Shown here: positions 34,239-46,392 of the stretch, piece after piece
Layout: the number at the start of each line of letters is the position of its first letter
Numbering within the stretch: the stretch's first letter is position 1
Assembly: GCF_001194135.2 (NCBI RefSeq)
Contig: NC_068986.1
Span: 64,698,712-64,748,318 of the forward strand
DNA from: Octopus bimaculoides
Lineage: Eukaryota
Reading direction: 5' to 3'
DNA length: 49,607 nucleotides
Program-made: the position numbers and the translations under genes
The notes under the pieces: model-generated
What the model was told of the DNA's origin: nothing
Seen by the model: the letters and a program-made list of their open reading frames with translations, nothing else
Databases searched by the model: none

Positions 34239-35099
34239 NNNNNNNNNNNNNNNNNNNNNNNNNNNNNNNNNNNNNNNNNNNNNNNNNNNNNNNNNNNNNN
34301 NNNNNNNNNNNNNNNNNNNNNNNNNNNNNNNNNNNNNNNNNNNNNNNNNNNNNNNNNNNNNNNNNNNNNNNNNNNNNNNNNNNNNNNNNNNNNNNNNNNN
34401 NNNNNNNNNNNNNNNNNNNNNNNNNNNNNNNNNNNNNNNNNNNNNNNNNNNNNNNNNNNNNNNNNNNNNNNNNNNNNNNNNNNNNNNNNNNNNNNNNNNN
34501 NNNNNNNNNNNNNNNNNNNNNNNNNNNNNNNNNNNNNNNNNNNNNNNNNNNNNNNNNNNNNNNNNNNNNNNNNNNNNNNNNNNNNNNNNNNNNNNNNNNN
34601 NNNNNNNNNNNNNNNNNNNNNNNNNNNNNNNNNNNNNNNNNNNNNNNNNNNNNNNNNNNNNNNNNNNNNNNNNNNNNNNNNNNNNNNNNNNNNNNNNNNN
34701 NNNNNNNNNNNNNNNNNNNNNNNNNNNNNNNNNNNNNNNNNNNNNNNNNNNNNNNNNNNNNNNNNNNNNNNNNNNNNNNNNNNNNNNNNNNNNNNNNNNN
34801 NNNNNNNNNNNNNNNNNNNNNNNNNNNNNNNNNNNNNNNNNNNNNNNNNNNNNNNNNNNNNNNNNNNNNNNNNNNNNNNNNNNNNNNNNNNNNNNNNNNN
34901 NNNNNNNNNNNNNNNNNNNNNNNNNNNNNNNNNNNNNNNNNNNNNNNNNNNNNNNNNNNNNNNNNNNNNNNNNNNNNNNNNNNNNNNNNNNNNNNNNNNN
35001 NNNNNNNNNNNNNNNNNNNNNNNNNNNNNNNNNNNNNNNNNNNNNNNNNNNNTCTATATTATTATTCGATTGAACGCCATGCATCCATTTCGAAGTCAG

Positions 35100-35710
35100 T
35101 TTATCTTAATCTTTTTGATGCGACACTACTCTATACTGTTTTCTCCCCTATCGTTTTCTCTCTCATCCTATCTCTAATTCCCTTTTTTCTCTCCTTCACC
35201 GTTTTCTATCTGTCTCTCTCTCCCCTCTTTCTCCTTTTCTCTCTCTCATTGCTCACACTTGACCATCGTCCGTCTTTCTTTTCCTCACGTGATCATCTTT
35301 CTTTTCTTTCAGGACTGGACGTATCCTATCTCTCTCTTCTATCTTTTATCTTGCCAAAGAAAATATTTCTCCAGTGTTCGCTATTTTACCCTCGTTCTGG
35401 CCTAACGACCCTCCATCTTTGTTTTCGTTCGGTTTCCTTGATTGTCTCCACTGTCCTGTTTTTGTTCCCAAATTTTATCCTCCATAAATACCAAATCTTA
35501 TTTTGGTACTTATGGGAGCAACTGTCTTCGAAGACTCATATTGTTATTGAATGCTCGAAATGAGGACTAGATAGACAGCCGACAACTGATGAAGGGTCGT
35601 TCTGTATGTTACGTGGCCTGTTTTCTATTTGTTTCTCTCGTTGTTTGCGTATTGAACTCATTTGTTTTCGTATTTCATGTTGTTTATTGTTGGTGACGTC
35701 CTGTACCCAT
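35100..35710 (+). mobile_element. PLE pseudo-LTR-like repeat
   Basis: Pyrimidine-rich tract, then GCTCGAAAT and AACTGATGAAGGG words, ending GACGTCCTGTACCC before a (TA)n tract; architecture resembles 8900-9361. Confidence 0.4.
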
Positions 35711-35895
35711 ATATATATATATATATANNNNNNNNNNNNNNNNNNNNNNNNNNNNNNNNNNNNNNNNNNNNNNNNNNNNNNNNNNNNNNNNNNNNNNNNN
35801 NNNNNNNNNNNNNNNNNNNNNNNNNNNNNNNNNNNNNNNNNNNNNNNNNNNNNNNNNNNNNNNNNNNNNNNNNNNNNNNNNNNNNNNNATATATA

Positions 35896-36777
35896 CTAGC
35901 GGGCCTCCCTGTCTTCGGCCCGGTCTGTAGGGTGGTGAAATGTTTTCATAAGGCACATATTTACATCTATCGTAATGCCAATTTTCCTTTCGGTAAAGGT
36001 TGTTAAAAAGTATTTAAATATTGCATAACATAATTTTACAAGTTTAATTAGAATATCTAAATACAGAAAGTAATACAGATAATATTAGAGAAATGTACGA
36101 AAATGATGAAACATTTACAGAACTTCAGTATATATTGACACAATGTTTTTAACTCTTTTGTTTGGAGCGTATATGAAGAGTTTCTGTGGGCTTCTTACTC
36201 TGGAGCAACCTACATACCATTGACCATGTGATAAACAACCCTCTTCTAGATGGAAACCGACAACCTGCAGTGTTTGACTTTGGGACGTGTCAATGGTCAA
36301 TGCATAACTGACTCTCACTGGGAATTGCAATTGTTTGAAATGAAAGGGGACATCTGTTGGTATTAGTGGTATTCTAGGTATAAATACAGTGTTTCCCTTA
36401 CCACATCCAATAATATTTGCTTCGGTAATGGTCAAATAAAGTAAAATGATACGAAAAACCTGAAATATTATGAATTTAATTTAGTGTATTCAGCGGTCAA
36501 CGTACAAACAAACAAACAAACAAGCAAACAAATAAACTTTACTTTTTATAAGGGTATATAGACATTACGGTGAAATAGTACGTGGATTGCTAGAAATAGA
36601 AACCAATACACCACCACCTCGCCCCACTACTCAAATCTATTTTCGGAAAATAAGTGCACAGTAATCTGCATAATGGTCAAATTAATTCAAATGACACGAA
36701 AACCTGAAATATCAATTTTATTTAGTGTTTTCAACGGTCAACGTACAAACAAACTTTGCTTTTTGTAAGGATAGAGA
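35896..36777 (-). mobile_element. Internally deleted Helitron with a duplicated 5' terminus
   Basis: PIF1-type helicase C-terminus (VFIPRIPLIPTD, QFPVRVSYALTI..SQSQTL, SHGQWYVGCSRV) at 36115-36425. The 3' end is hairpin CGGGCC-N11-GGCCCG + CTAG|T at 35896. 5' TC starts at 36562 and 36777. Confidence 0.88.
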
Positions 36778-36969
36778 TATATATACATGTGTGTGTGTAT
36801 GAGTTTTGTATTAATTGTGTATGACAACTTTATTTATCTCACGTACTATTTTAATATTTATGTTCTTGTGGGTCCCTGTATCTGCTTTGTGTATGTATGT
36901 ATGTATGTATGTATGTATGTATGTATGTATGCATGTATGTATGTGTGTATGCATGCATGTATGTATGTA

Positions 36970-37640
36970 TGACTTTTATTTGAGCTTAATTTAAGTTCTT
37001 AAGCCGGTCGCTAACAAACCGACATGACTTTTTTTTTTAGCTCAGAGAGTTTCCGGTGTTTGTAAATATGTGGTTGGGTTGAACTGTCGATGCATGCACC
37101 CAATTTTTACATCTATTCACATAAGGATCTCAGATGGAGGGTTTTGGCAATGATTTACAAATCTTCACTGTACCACTAATAGACTGAGTTTGGAGAATCT
37201 GCATCAGTTTCTTTAGCTCTTTTTCTGTGAAACCGAGTATTTCTAGATTTTTGTGCAAATTTGTTGGTACATAACCAAACGCACCTATGATGATAGATAC
37301 AAATGAGAATTCATAGTCAGAGTACATGATCTGTAAGTTCCGCATTAATTCGCCATAAATGTTCTTTAATTCCTGGACTCTTCATTGTACATTAACATCC
37401 GCTGGGCAACTGACCTCTACAATACTACATGACTTTTGTTCTCTGCCCCAGAGAACAATATCAGGTGTATTATGTTTGCACTGAATTGATGTTTTTATTG
37501 GGGTGTTCTACCAGTATATCTTGTTTTTAAAGATGTGAATGCTAACCGGTTCTGACATGCCTTTGATGTATACGTCAGGGCAATCCTTCCTGCAAATAGC
37601 ATTGTAAAGTCTTTGCAACAATATCATGTCTCAAGGGCAG
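36970..37640 (-). mobile_element. R4/Dong-clade LINE 3' fragment (restriction-like endonuclease)
   Basis: RHDIVAKTLYNAI, KHNTPDIVLW..SIVEVSCPAD, IIIGAFGYV..QSISGTVKICK. Confidence 0.85.
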
Positions 37641-37879
37641 GTAGTATCTCGAAGACATTTTAGGGCAGCTACTGCTAATGCGGGTGATATGCATGTATGT
37701 ATGTATGTATATGTGCTACACCACAGCAGAAAATTCAGATTAAATCCAAAAGTAGAGCAAATATTGTTTTCCCTCGGTTGTCATTCTCAATAGTGTACGA
37801 TTTGATTGCAGAAAAGTTTTCCTTTATATACAGCATACCATCATTCCTTGAGAGTTGCATCTATTTAACCTAGACGCCA

Positions 37880-38075
37880 TGATTAATCGCTGACCAAACA
37901 CCATTCAATTTTTTTTCTCCGTGTTTTCTCTCCTTGTTTTCTCCGTATTCTTTCTGTTGAAGAGCGTAGCTCGAAACGTTAAGGACTTTCTGTATTCCCG
38001 AGCGTCAAACTAATACATCCTTTTGTTGTTTACACCACCTGTCCTCGTCTGTTGTTGCTTTTTTTCGTACATTCT
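37880..38075 (+). mobile_element. PLE pseudo-LTR-like end containing a minimal hammerhead-like motif
   Basis: TTGAAGA-G CGTAGCT C-GAAACGTT at 37957-37980. Confidence 0.5.
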
Positions 38076-38499
38076 CCCACTATATTTGTAGCTGACTTTC
38101 GTCTGCTTTGTTGCAGTTCTATCATAAGGTGTGTACAGCCTTTTTTAGCGATCCAAAAGTCACTACTTTTGATGAATGCTTCTATTCTTGGTCCACGACT
38201 GCTTGTTAACCATCAAGGTAAATTATTCGTAGATTATCCACCAGGTATGGACTGCAGAGCTCAGTAAAACTTCTGTCTCATGCGCCATTATCTTACTTTA
38301 TTTTTTAGATGTCCATATTGTCTCTCGCAAAAATACATGTACCTAAAACATGTGTGGAGGTATGGCGCATGAAAAGAAAAAACTTTACTGCAATCAAGTC
38401 TCCAGTAAGAGCCATGAAGTGCAAGCTGTTATAGACTCTAAATGCCAGCATAGACATTGCTGACAACTATTTTCTTTAACATTTACTATGAAATAATTT

Positions 38500-38900
38500 G
38501 TACGCAATTGTATTTCATAATTTTTACCCAAACTCTACAACAGTACGTATATCAAGTAGAAAAATATTTACCTGATCGTTAATAAAAGAAGCATTCCTTT
38601 TAGCGAAAATTAAGGCTTTATTAAGGAGTATGTGTGAAAAAGTAAAGTATTGAGGACTGGTGTCAAATTGAAGCAAAGAGTATCTACTTTTGTTTTGAAA
38701 ATTTGAGAACCAATGGATGATGTCTTTGGTATTGTACCATAGACCGAAAGAAAACAGAGAAGACAGGGAAGGAATAGCTTTGTCCAAAATAACTTTGCTT
38801 AAACATCCGATGTCTGACTTAGCGGGCCAAGTAAGCTTCACTGAAGGGTTAATCTATAAAGTTGTCCTTATGATTTTTAAGTCGATCCATGGTTCCTCAG
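38500..38900 (-). mobile_element. Penelope-like (Neptune-type) RT N-terminal fragment
   Basis: LKNHKDNF..PAKSDIGCLSKVILDK..WYNTKDIIHWFSNFQNKSRYSLLQFD..LLNKALIFAK. Confidence 0.75.
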
Positions 38901-39101
38901 TTCTAATTTTAATTTACAAGCTATTATCAACGTGCATATATATATANNNNNNNNNNNNNNNNNNNNNNNNNNNNNNNNNNNNNNNNNNNNNNNNNNNNNN
39001 NNNNNNNNNNNNNNNNNNNNNNNNNNNNNNNNNNNNNNNNNNNNNNNNNNNNNNNNNNNNNNNNNNNNNNNNNNNNNNNNNNNNNNNNNNNNNTATATAT
39101 A

Positions 39102-40006
39102 TGCACACGACATAACAAATTTATTTAAATCTGAAATTATACATTCAAATTGTTTATTAATTGTTATATTGTGAATATTTAATACTTAGTAGACATGTCT
39201 TTTGTAATTTTCAATGCAGGCAACCTATTAGGCATGTTACTGATCAGATGACGTATATTCTCTTGCAGAATTTCTTTCCAGGTTGTATGCAGTAATCTCA
39301 AAAGATCTGGCTTTGAAGATGTTTTCTTGTTTTTTTTTTATGAAGTGTCCTGTCCATTATGTCCCAATGGTGTTCAATAGGGCACATATCTGGTGACTGA
39401 CTTGGCTATGGAAGCTTTTTAATGCCATTCTCATTCAACAAATCTTGGGTCATTTTAGCCATGAGACAAGGATCTCCACCTTCCGTAAATAAAGAGTCTT
39501 TAATCATTTCACCACTGGAGAAGATTGGAGAGAGAACTTTCTGCAATATGGACACATATTTATCTGAGTTTGTTTCCCTCACACTCCATCAGCTCTGATC
39601 AACCATTGCTCCAAATTGCTTCCCAGACCATCATAGAGTAGCTGCCATGTTTTATTGCTGGCTGCAATCTTTTCACATCAAATTCTTGATCACAGAGTCT
39701 CCAGACCCACACTCGACCACTGTTAGGAAATACAGTAAATCTGAATTCATCAGAGAAAATAAGTGTCCCAAAATACTAGTGGCCTCTCCACTATCTCATT
39801 GGTCGAGTCTTTTCCCCGCTTGATGTTGGCTGGTCGAAGAAGTGGCTTCCTTCTTGCTGTTCTACCATAGTAAAGAAGTTTGTGGAAACACCTGACAGCA
39901 GTTCTGTGACTGACAACTTGTTCTGCTATGTTAGAGGCCTTGCAACGAGGATTATCCTCCACATTTCTCTTAACAAAGAGAAGGGTCCTTCAGAGGGCCC
40001 TGGTTG
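39102..40006 (-). mobile_element. Decayed Tc1-like (DD34E) transposon; 5' part lost in the gap
   Basis: GRTARRKPLL, FSDE.KF, GRVWVWR, KHGSYSMMVW, PSQSPDMCPIEHHW. Confidence 0.85.
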
Positions 40007-40180
40007 NNNNNNNNNNNNNNNNNNNNNNNNNNNNNNNNNNNNNNNNNNNNNNNNNNNNNNNNNNNNNNNNNNNNNNNNNNNNNNNNNNNNNNNNNNNNNN
40101 NNNNNNNNNNNNNNNNNNNNNNNNNNNNNNNNNNNNNNNNNNNNNNNNNNNNNNNNNNNNNNNNNNNNNNNNNNNNNNNN

Positions 40181-40261
<81 letters not shown>

Positions 40262-40486
40262 ATATATATATATACATATACATAGAGAGAGAGAGAGCGT
40301 GTGTTAGAGCACGCGCGCAAACGAAAGTAGTTCCTCAAATTCCCACGAAAATATAAATTACATTGTGTTATTGTTCGTACCAATGTTAAGAGCATTCGGG
40401 AATATAAACGAAGGGGACAGGAATCAAAACGTGATACTAGTTTAGATACGATGAGAAGTTATCTTATCTTTTTTTTTTCCATTACA

Positions 40487-40520
40487 CTAGCCACCCAGGT
40501 AACTGTTATAAACAGTTACT
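40487..40520 (-). mobile_element. Helitron-type 3' terminus (body and 5' end not defined)
   Basis: Perfect 9-bp hairpin GTAACTGTT-ATA-AACAGTTAC (40499-40519) lies 8 nt from CTAG|T (40487-40490). Confidence 0.45.
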
Positions 40521-41499
40521 AAGAAATTAAGGATATTTACTTAGATTTCTAAGTAAGCAATTAAGTAAATATTTGGTCATCAATAGCACCATTGATATCG
40601 TTTTTTGACAGCCAATGATATCAAGATGTTCAGAGTGTTTACAAACAGTGCCGATAAATTTTCGTAAGAGATGCATGTTGATGTAACTAAGCAATGGTAG
40701 GATGATGCTCAGCTTTTACAAGACAAGGCCTTGTGTTTGATACACGGGCACGTGCAGCTACCATATTCACATTCCTCATATACAAATGTGCGTGACTGCG
40801 TGCGCGTATGTGTGTGTATGTGTGTGTATGTGTGTGTGAAGCCTTGCCAATTTGTTTCTCTCTCTTTTTTACCTTAATCCACATCTACTAATTCAAGAGG
40901 GAAGCCACTTCTAGCCGCTTTGGATAAGTCAGTCACAAAGCTACAACTTCAACCGCCATTTACGCCGGAATTTTAGCGACACCTATTTGAACACTCTGAC
41001 GAATACTCCTTGTATCGTTTATATACATACATAAATACATACATACATACATACATACATACATACATACATACATACATACATACATTGGAATTGAAAT
41101 TACTTGGACAATGAGAAAACAACTCAAAACAAAGCAGTCTCCAGGACAGGTAAAGTTGCTACACCGCGTTTCCCCCAATTGGTTACACTGAGGTATTACG
41201 TAAACGAATAGTGAAATTTGGAACATCGACTCNNNNNNNNNNNNNNNNNNNNNNNNNNNNNNNNNNNNNNNNNNNNNNNNNNNNNNNNNNNNNNNNNNNN
41301 NNNNNNNNNNNNNNNNNNNNNNNNNNNNNNNNNNNNNNNNNNNNNNNNNNNNNNNNNNNNNNNNNNNNNNNNNNNNNNNNNNNNNNNNNNNNNNNNNNNN
41401 NNNNNNNNNNNNNNNNNNNNNNNNNNNNNNNNNNNNNNNNNNNNNNNNNNNNNNNNNNNNNNNNNNNNNNNNNNNNNNNNNNNNNATGCCTTTAATTTA

Positions 41500-43020
41500 A
41501 TTAGAAAACAAAGAAGAAGGAAGCAATGATGAAGGTAGCATTTACAATCGTTTCAATTTTCTAGTTTTAGTAAATCTCTTCAGAATGCGAAAATAGATAG
41601 GTACATCGGTTAGGATGCGAAAATAATTGATACATATGTGATGGTAATAGAAGGAAAGATAGTAAATCTTACATTAAATTTTGTTCTTGCACTGGTAATT
41701 TCACTGGGGAGAGGTTTCATTGCAATTGACTTGTTAGTTTCGTTGGGCAATTACAACGAGGTAAATATTATTTTGGTGTGGGTTTCCGAGTTTGACTAAG
41801 CGCATTGTATCGCACCTGTGTATTAAATTTGTTTTTAGTCACCGGTGGTGTAAGCGAAGTGAGGTAACTCTAACTTAGGGTCAAAAGGGAGCTAACTCAT
41901 ACGACTATTGGACTAGGTAGGGTAGTTTAAAATTATATTATGCCGAAGACTTATATTATTACCAGAGTTTAGGAAGTTCTTAGTGCTAGAAGGGGGTCCT
42001 ATGTAGGTGAGAAGTAAATTATTATGGATTGTGGAGGGCGGGTGTGTTTGCGGGGTGATTATTTAAGGTGGTTCCCAGCTAATTAGACTTATATAGATGA
42101 CAATTCAAGTTTGGGATTATAAAAGACGTAGAGGCCTTCTTGAAGACAAAAGGAGCTATTCTACCAGTATTTTGAAAATACATAAAGGATCACATGAAGA
42201 CAAAAAAGTTATTCTCAAATTTTCTGTTCAGAAGGGGTCGTTTAGCCGTAAGTATATCTAGGCGTTCTGATAGACAAAGATCGCAGCGTCTATTGGCGGT
42301 GTTGTAGGAGGTTGTTTTTGTGAGTATACGCCAGTTTAAACTATAATCTATTTTTTATCCTTAAGTTCCCAGATGTATGTACTTAGCCCAGTTGAATTGG
42401 CCTTGCTCTTATTTATGAAGCTCGATTGGTGCGCGTTATATCTAAGAATCATTTGGTTCTTAGTGGCACCTATGTATGATTTCGTCTGGTTATATGTATG
42501 GACTTCACATTGGTAGACTACGTTATATGTCTTGCATCTATTTGAGAAATTGCACTTTGTTCTATCCCTGCAGCCGCATAAATAATTAGGTGTATCTTTG
42601 TTCATGTTGTATTGTGGGGGCTATTATTATTCATGTTTATATCTTTAGTTCTATTAGTTGGTTGGTTTTTATTTTTATTGTTCACAATCTTTCTAGTTTC
42701 ATAGAATTTGTCTATTTTTTAAAATTATTTATTGGGGCTATTATTGTGGTTAAGTTATTAGTCAGACTGTGGCCTATTCTGATTTTATTCGTAAATAATT
42801 CTGCATATTTATTATTAACGTTTAGGTGTTTATCTATGATTTTCATTAATGAGCGGACTATGTTTGATTTGAGGTGTATGGTGTATGGGATTACGAGCCA
42901 GATATTATCGCTATTTTGTTTATTTTTTTGTGTTTTTGCGTTTTTGTTGTTTTTTGTGTTGTTATCAGCGTAGGGTTCATGTGGGTTAGAAGACCTGCTT
43001 TTCTTGCTATTAATATGTGA
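41500..43020 (-). mobile_element. 5'-truncated Penelope-like element (Neptune-type) with GIY-YIG endonuclease
   Basis: NIWLVIPY..SNIVRSLMKIIDKHL linker; CGCRDRTKC..NVVYQCEV..SYIGATK..RYNAHQSSF..LSTYIWELK; WRILTK..RRCDLCLSER. The 3' non-coding extent is approximate. Confidence 0.85.
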
Positions 43021-43024
43021 TCAA

Positions 43025-43170
43025 CGAGGAGTGGTAGAGAGAGGAAAAGGGAGGAAGTTGAACAAAGGTGAGCGACCAGAGACAGGGAGGGAGAGTAAGA
43101 GAAAGACATGTATAGCAGTGAAGGGGAGAAGCAAGGACAACAGATGGAAGCTGAACGAGAGGGTATATAT
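43025..43170 (-). repeat. Copy of the 8930-9050 pseudo-LTR-like repeat
   Basis: Shared CTTGCTTCTCCCCTTC and CCCTGTCTCT.GTCGC.CACCTTTGTT..ACTTCCTCCC..CTACCACTCCTC. Confidence 0.8.
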
Positions 43171-43459
43171 ATANNNNNNNNNNNNNNNNNNNNNNNNNNN
43201 NNNNNNNNNNNNNNNNNNNNAGTTTTCCCGTTTTTTTTTATTATGGTATTTAAAACAAAAACAAATTTTACAATGCTGAAGTGTGTTAAACATTAAAAAC
43301 AATATTTTGTAATGTTCATAAAGTTCAATTAACGCTTTCATACGTTCGTAGTAACCATCAGATTTCAAAATTTATTTAACTGAAAGTTGAGTTCTTGACA
43401 ACTGTAGCAAAATGATTGACTTCTTCTTTTTTGTATCTCTTAGAAGGCTCGAATATTAA

Positions 43460-44560
43460 CCACCACCATCATAAAGAAACTCATTTATTTAGTCTCAAAA
43501 CATTATAACTCCCTCACTTCTAATGAAAGGGACTATATTACCAATTTTTAGTCGAAATCCAGCAACTTCTATGGCTTACCTAAAATGTATTAGTCAAAAT
43601 ACAAAACGCTATAATCATCCTGGATTTCAACATCTTCAACAGGAATGTAAACCTACCATTTGCGGAGATTTTCACCTCTGCACCGGATAGAGGTCTTCGT
43701 GGGCATGATCGCAAACTCTATCCCCGACACTTTCGACTCAACAGGCGGAAGGCCGCATTCTCCGTCCGTATCGCAGCCCCGTGGAACAAGCTACCACAAG
43801 ATGTCATTCAACTGCCCACCACTCCTCTGTTCAAAGAGGCTCTGGACAACTGTGTCGACTATGTATAAAACTGTATATATATAACAATAACTGTTTATTT
43901 TATTTTTTTACATGGCTTAAGCACATTGTGCTTTTTTCCTACCAATAGATTTAATTTGATTTGATTTAATCCCGTACTGTCTATCCAGGAAAGTTTGTAC
44001 TATAGTAGATGATCCAAATACCAGGAACATTATAGAACTCGAAGGATTTCTACTCAAGCAAAATTACCTACTTATAGAAAATAGCATGCAACGAGTAAAA
44101 GAGACACCTATAGAACAACTTAGGGTAACACGAGAAAGATGAACCCATCAACGGAACACAATACCATTTCAGGTAACACACAGTCCGCATTACCAAAACA
44201 TTTTTAACATCGTCAAAACAAATTTGCTAATCATGAAACAAAGTGAAAAATTAAAAAAAAAACATAGTAACTAATCAAACACTTATCTTAAGCAAAAGCC
44301 AACCACATAACCTACAGAAACTATTAACAAAGGCAAAATACAATATGAACAAACAGAATAAAACATTTACAATATCCAAGTTTAATGAAAACAGATGTGG
44401 AACGTGTCAATACATGCATGCTTGTAGATTCATTACAACACAAAAGGAAGGGATTTTCACAAATGCAGATATGAACTGCAAAAGCAGAAATTTGATCTAA
44501 TGCATTAGATGCCCGAATTGCGAGGAACTATATATTGGCGAGACAGGGAATGCATTATCT
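43460..44560 (+). mobile_element. Penelope-like element A (Penelope/Poseidon-type); RT core missing, CR1 fragment in its place
   Basis: ITNF*SKSSNFYGLPK (43540-43590); CTIVDD..LLKQNY (43995+); RCGTCQY..NCKSRNLI*CIRCPNCEELYIGETG (GIY-YIG, 44395-44545). Confidence 0.8.
43613..43970 (+). mobile_element. CR1/L2-group LINE 3' fragment with (ATTTG)-type tail
   Basis: FNIFNRNVNLPFAEIF..RGLRGHDRKLY..RKAAFSVRIAAPWNKLP..FKEALD*, then the tail GATTTAATTTGATTTGATTTAAT. Confidence 0.8.
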
Positions 44561-44595
<35 letters not shown>

Positions 44596-45100
44596 NNNNN
44601 NNNNNNNNNNNNNNNNNNNNNNNNNNNNNNNNNNNNNNNNNNNNNNNNNNNNNNNNNNNNNNNNNNNNNNNNNNNNNNNNNNNNNNNNNNNNNNNNNNNN
44701 NNNNNNNNNNNNNNNNNNNNNNNNNNNNNNNNNNNNNNNNNNNNNNNNNNNNNNNNNNNNNNNNNNNNNNNNNNNNNNNNNNNNNNNNNNNNNNNNNNNN
44801 NNNNNNNNNNNNNNNNNNNNNNNNNNNNNNNNNNNNNNNNNNNNNNNNNNNNNNNNNNNNNNNNNNNNNNNNNNNNNNNNNNNNNNNNNNNNNNNNNNNN
44901 NNNNNNNNNNNNNNNNNNNNNNNNNNNNNNNNNNNNNNNNNNNNNNNNNNNNNNNNNNNNNNNNNNNNNNNNNNNNNNNNNNNNNNNNNNNNNNNNNNNN
45001 NNNNNNNNNNNNNNNNNNNNNNNNNNNNNNNNNNNNNNNNNNNNNNNNNNNNNNNNNNNNNNNNNNNNNNNNNNNNNNNNNNNNNNNNNNNNNNNNNNNC

Positions 45101-46240
45101 CACACAAGCATTCAATTCACAATGGAATACAACCAAAAGGCACTTCCATTCCAACACATTCTAATTAAAAAAACAAAGAACAACAAAATCGAAACAGACA
45201 TATTTTATAAAACAACAGATGCAAAACAATACCTTCTCTTTAGCTCTTGCCATCCTAGACACACAAAAACAAACAACCCCTTCAACCTTGCAAGAAGAAT
45301 CTGCACTATTGTCTCAGAGAAAAAAAAAACTAGAGATTTAAGACTACAAGAACTGAAAAATGTCCTCTTGGATAGACACTACCCAATCCAACTCATTAAC
45401 GAAGGAATAAAACGTGCCAAATCTATCAACATCGAGACATTAAGAAAAACCAAAGACATTAACAAACCCCTCCTTAAAACACTACCCTAAATTTTCACAG
45501 ACAACCCCAGAAACAAAGAGGCATTCAGCACAATCATACAAAACCTACCAATACTACACAAGGACCCAAAACTAAAAATAACTTTACGTGGCATTAAAAT
45601 TGTCAAAAGCAGCAAACAACCTAAGTCATTAAAGAAACTGCTAACTAATGCAAAATTATTCCTCTCCACAACAAGCCTCAAAGTAAAAAAATGTAATCGC
45701 CCCAACCTTTTTGGAAGGGCCATAATACTATTTTAAACAAGGGCAACACTTCACAATTAAATCAAATTTCACTTGTGCATCCGACAATCTGATCTATGTA
45801 ATTAGATGCTCGGGCTGCCAGAAAGACCATACCGGTAGCACGGGGAATTCTATCCGTCAACGTTGTACGGTGCATCGTCAACAGATAGCCTCACCACAAT
45901 ACCTCCAAATTTATCGCAGTGAACATATCGACGTATGTACGAAACAAATACAACCTAAATTTACTATTTTTCCTCTATATGAATTTGCTGACTGGACTTC
46001 TACACAAGCCCAACTCAATAAAGAGACATATTTCATCCAAAAATATAAACTTAAACTTAACACCAATTCATTTTAATTGTATTACTAATTGTCACTTAAG
46101 TACTTGACTCCTGGACACCCATTAATATTCAGACCTGAGTCATGAGAGGTCCGACATGACTCTTATGAAGAAAGTATTCATATTTTAGCAATTACTTTTT
46201 CGTTCATTTTCTATTGAACTGAATAATTTTATTCAATAAT
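45101..46240 (+). mobile_element. Penelope-like element B (RT C-terminus + GIY-YIG + 3' region)
   Basis: IQFTMEY..LPF..ETDIFYKTTD..YLLFSSCHPRHTK..LARRICTIVSE; FTCASDNLIYVIRCSGC; HRQQI..KETYFIQKYKLKLN*. Confidence 0.88.
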
Positions 46241-46349
46241 GGAATTTCGACATATACAAAAAGTTATATATGTATGCCAACCACAGTTTTTAGGTCTAAA
46301 TTACTGTTCATACATATATATGTTTATATGTGTATATATACATACATGC

Positions 46350-46392
<43 letters not shown>

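Noticed and set aside
46136-46165. GAGTCATG-N10-CATGACTC hairpin after the PLE B ORF as a hammerhead
   Set aside because: There is no CUGANGA or GAAA word; only a simple hairpin can be supported.
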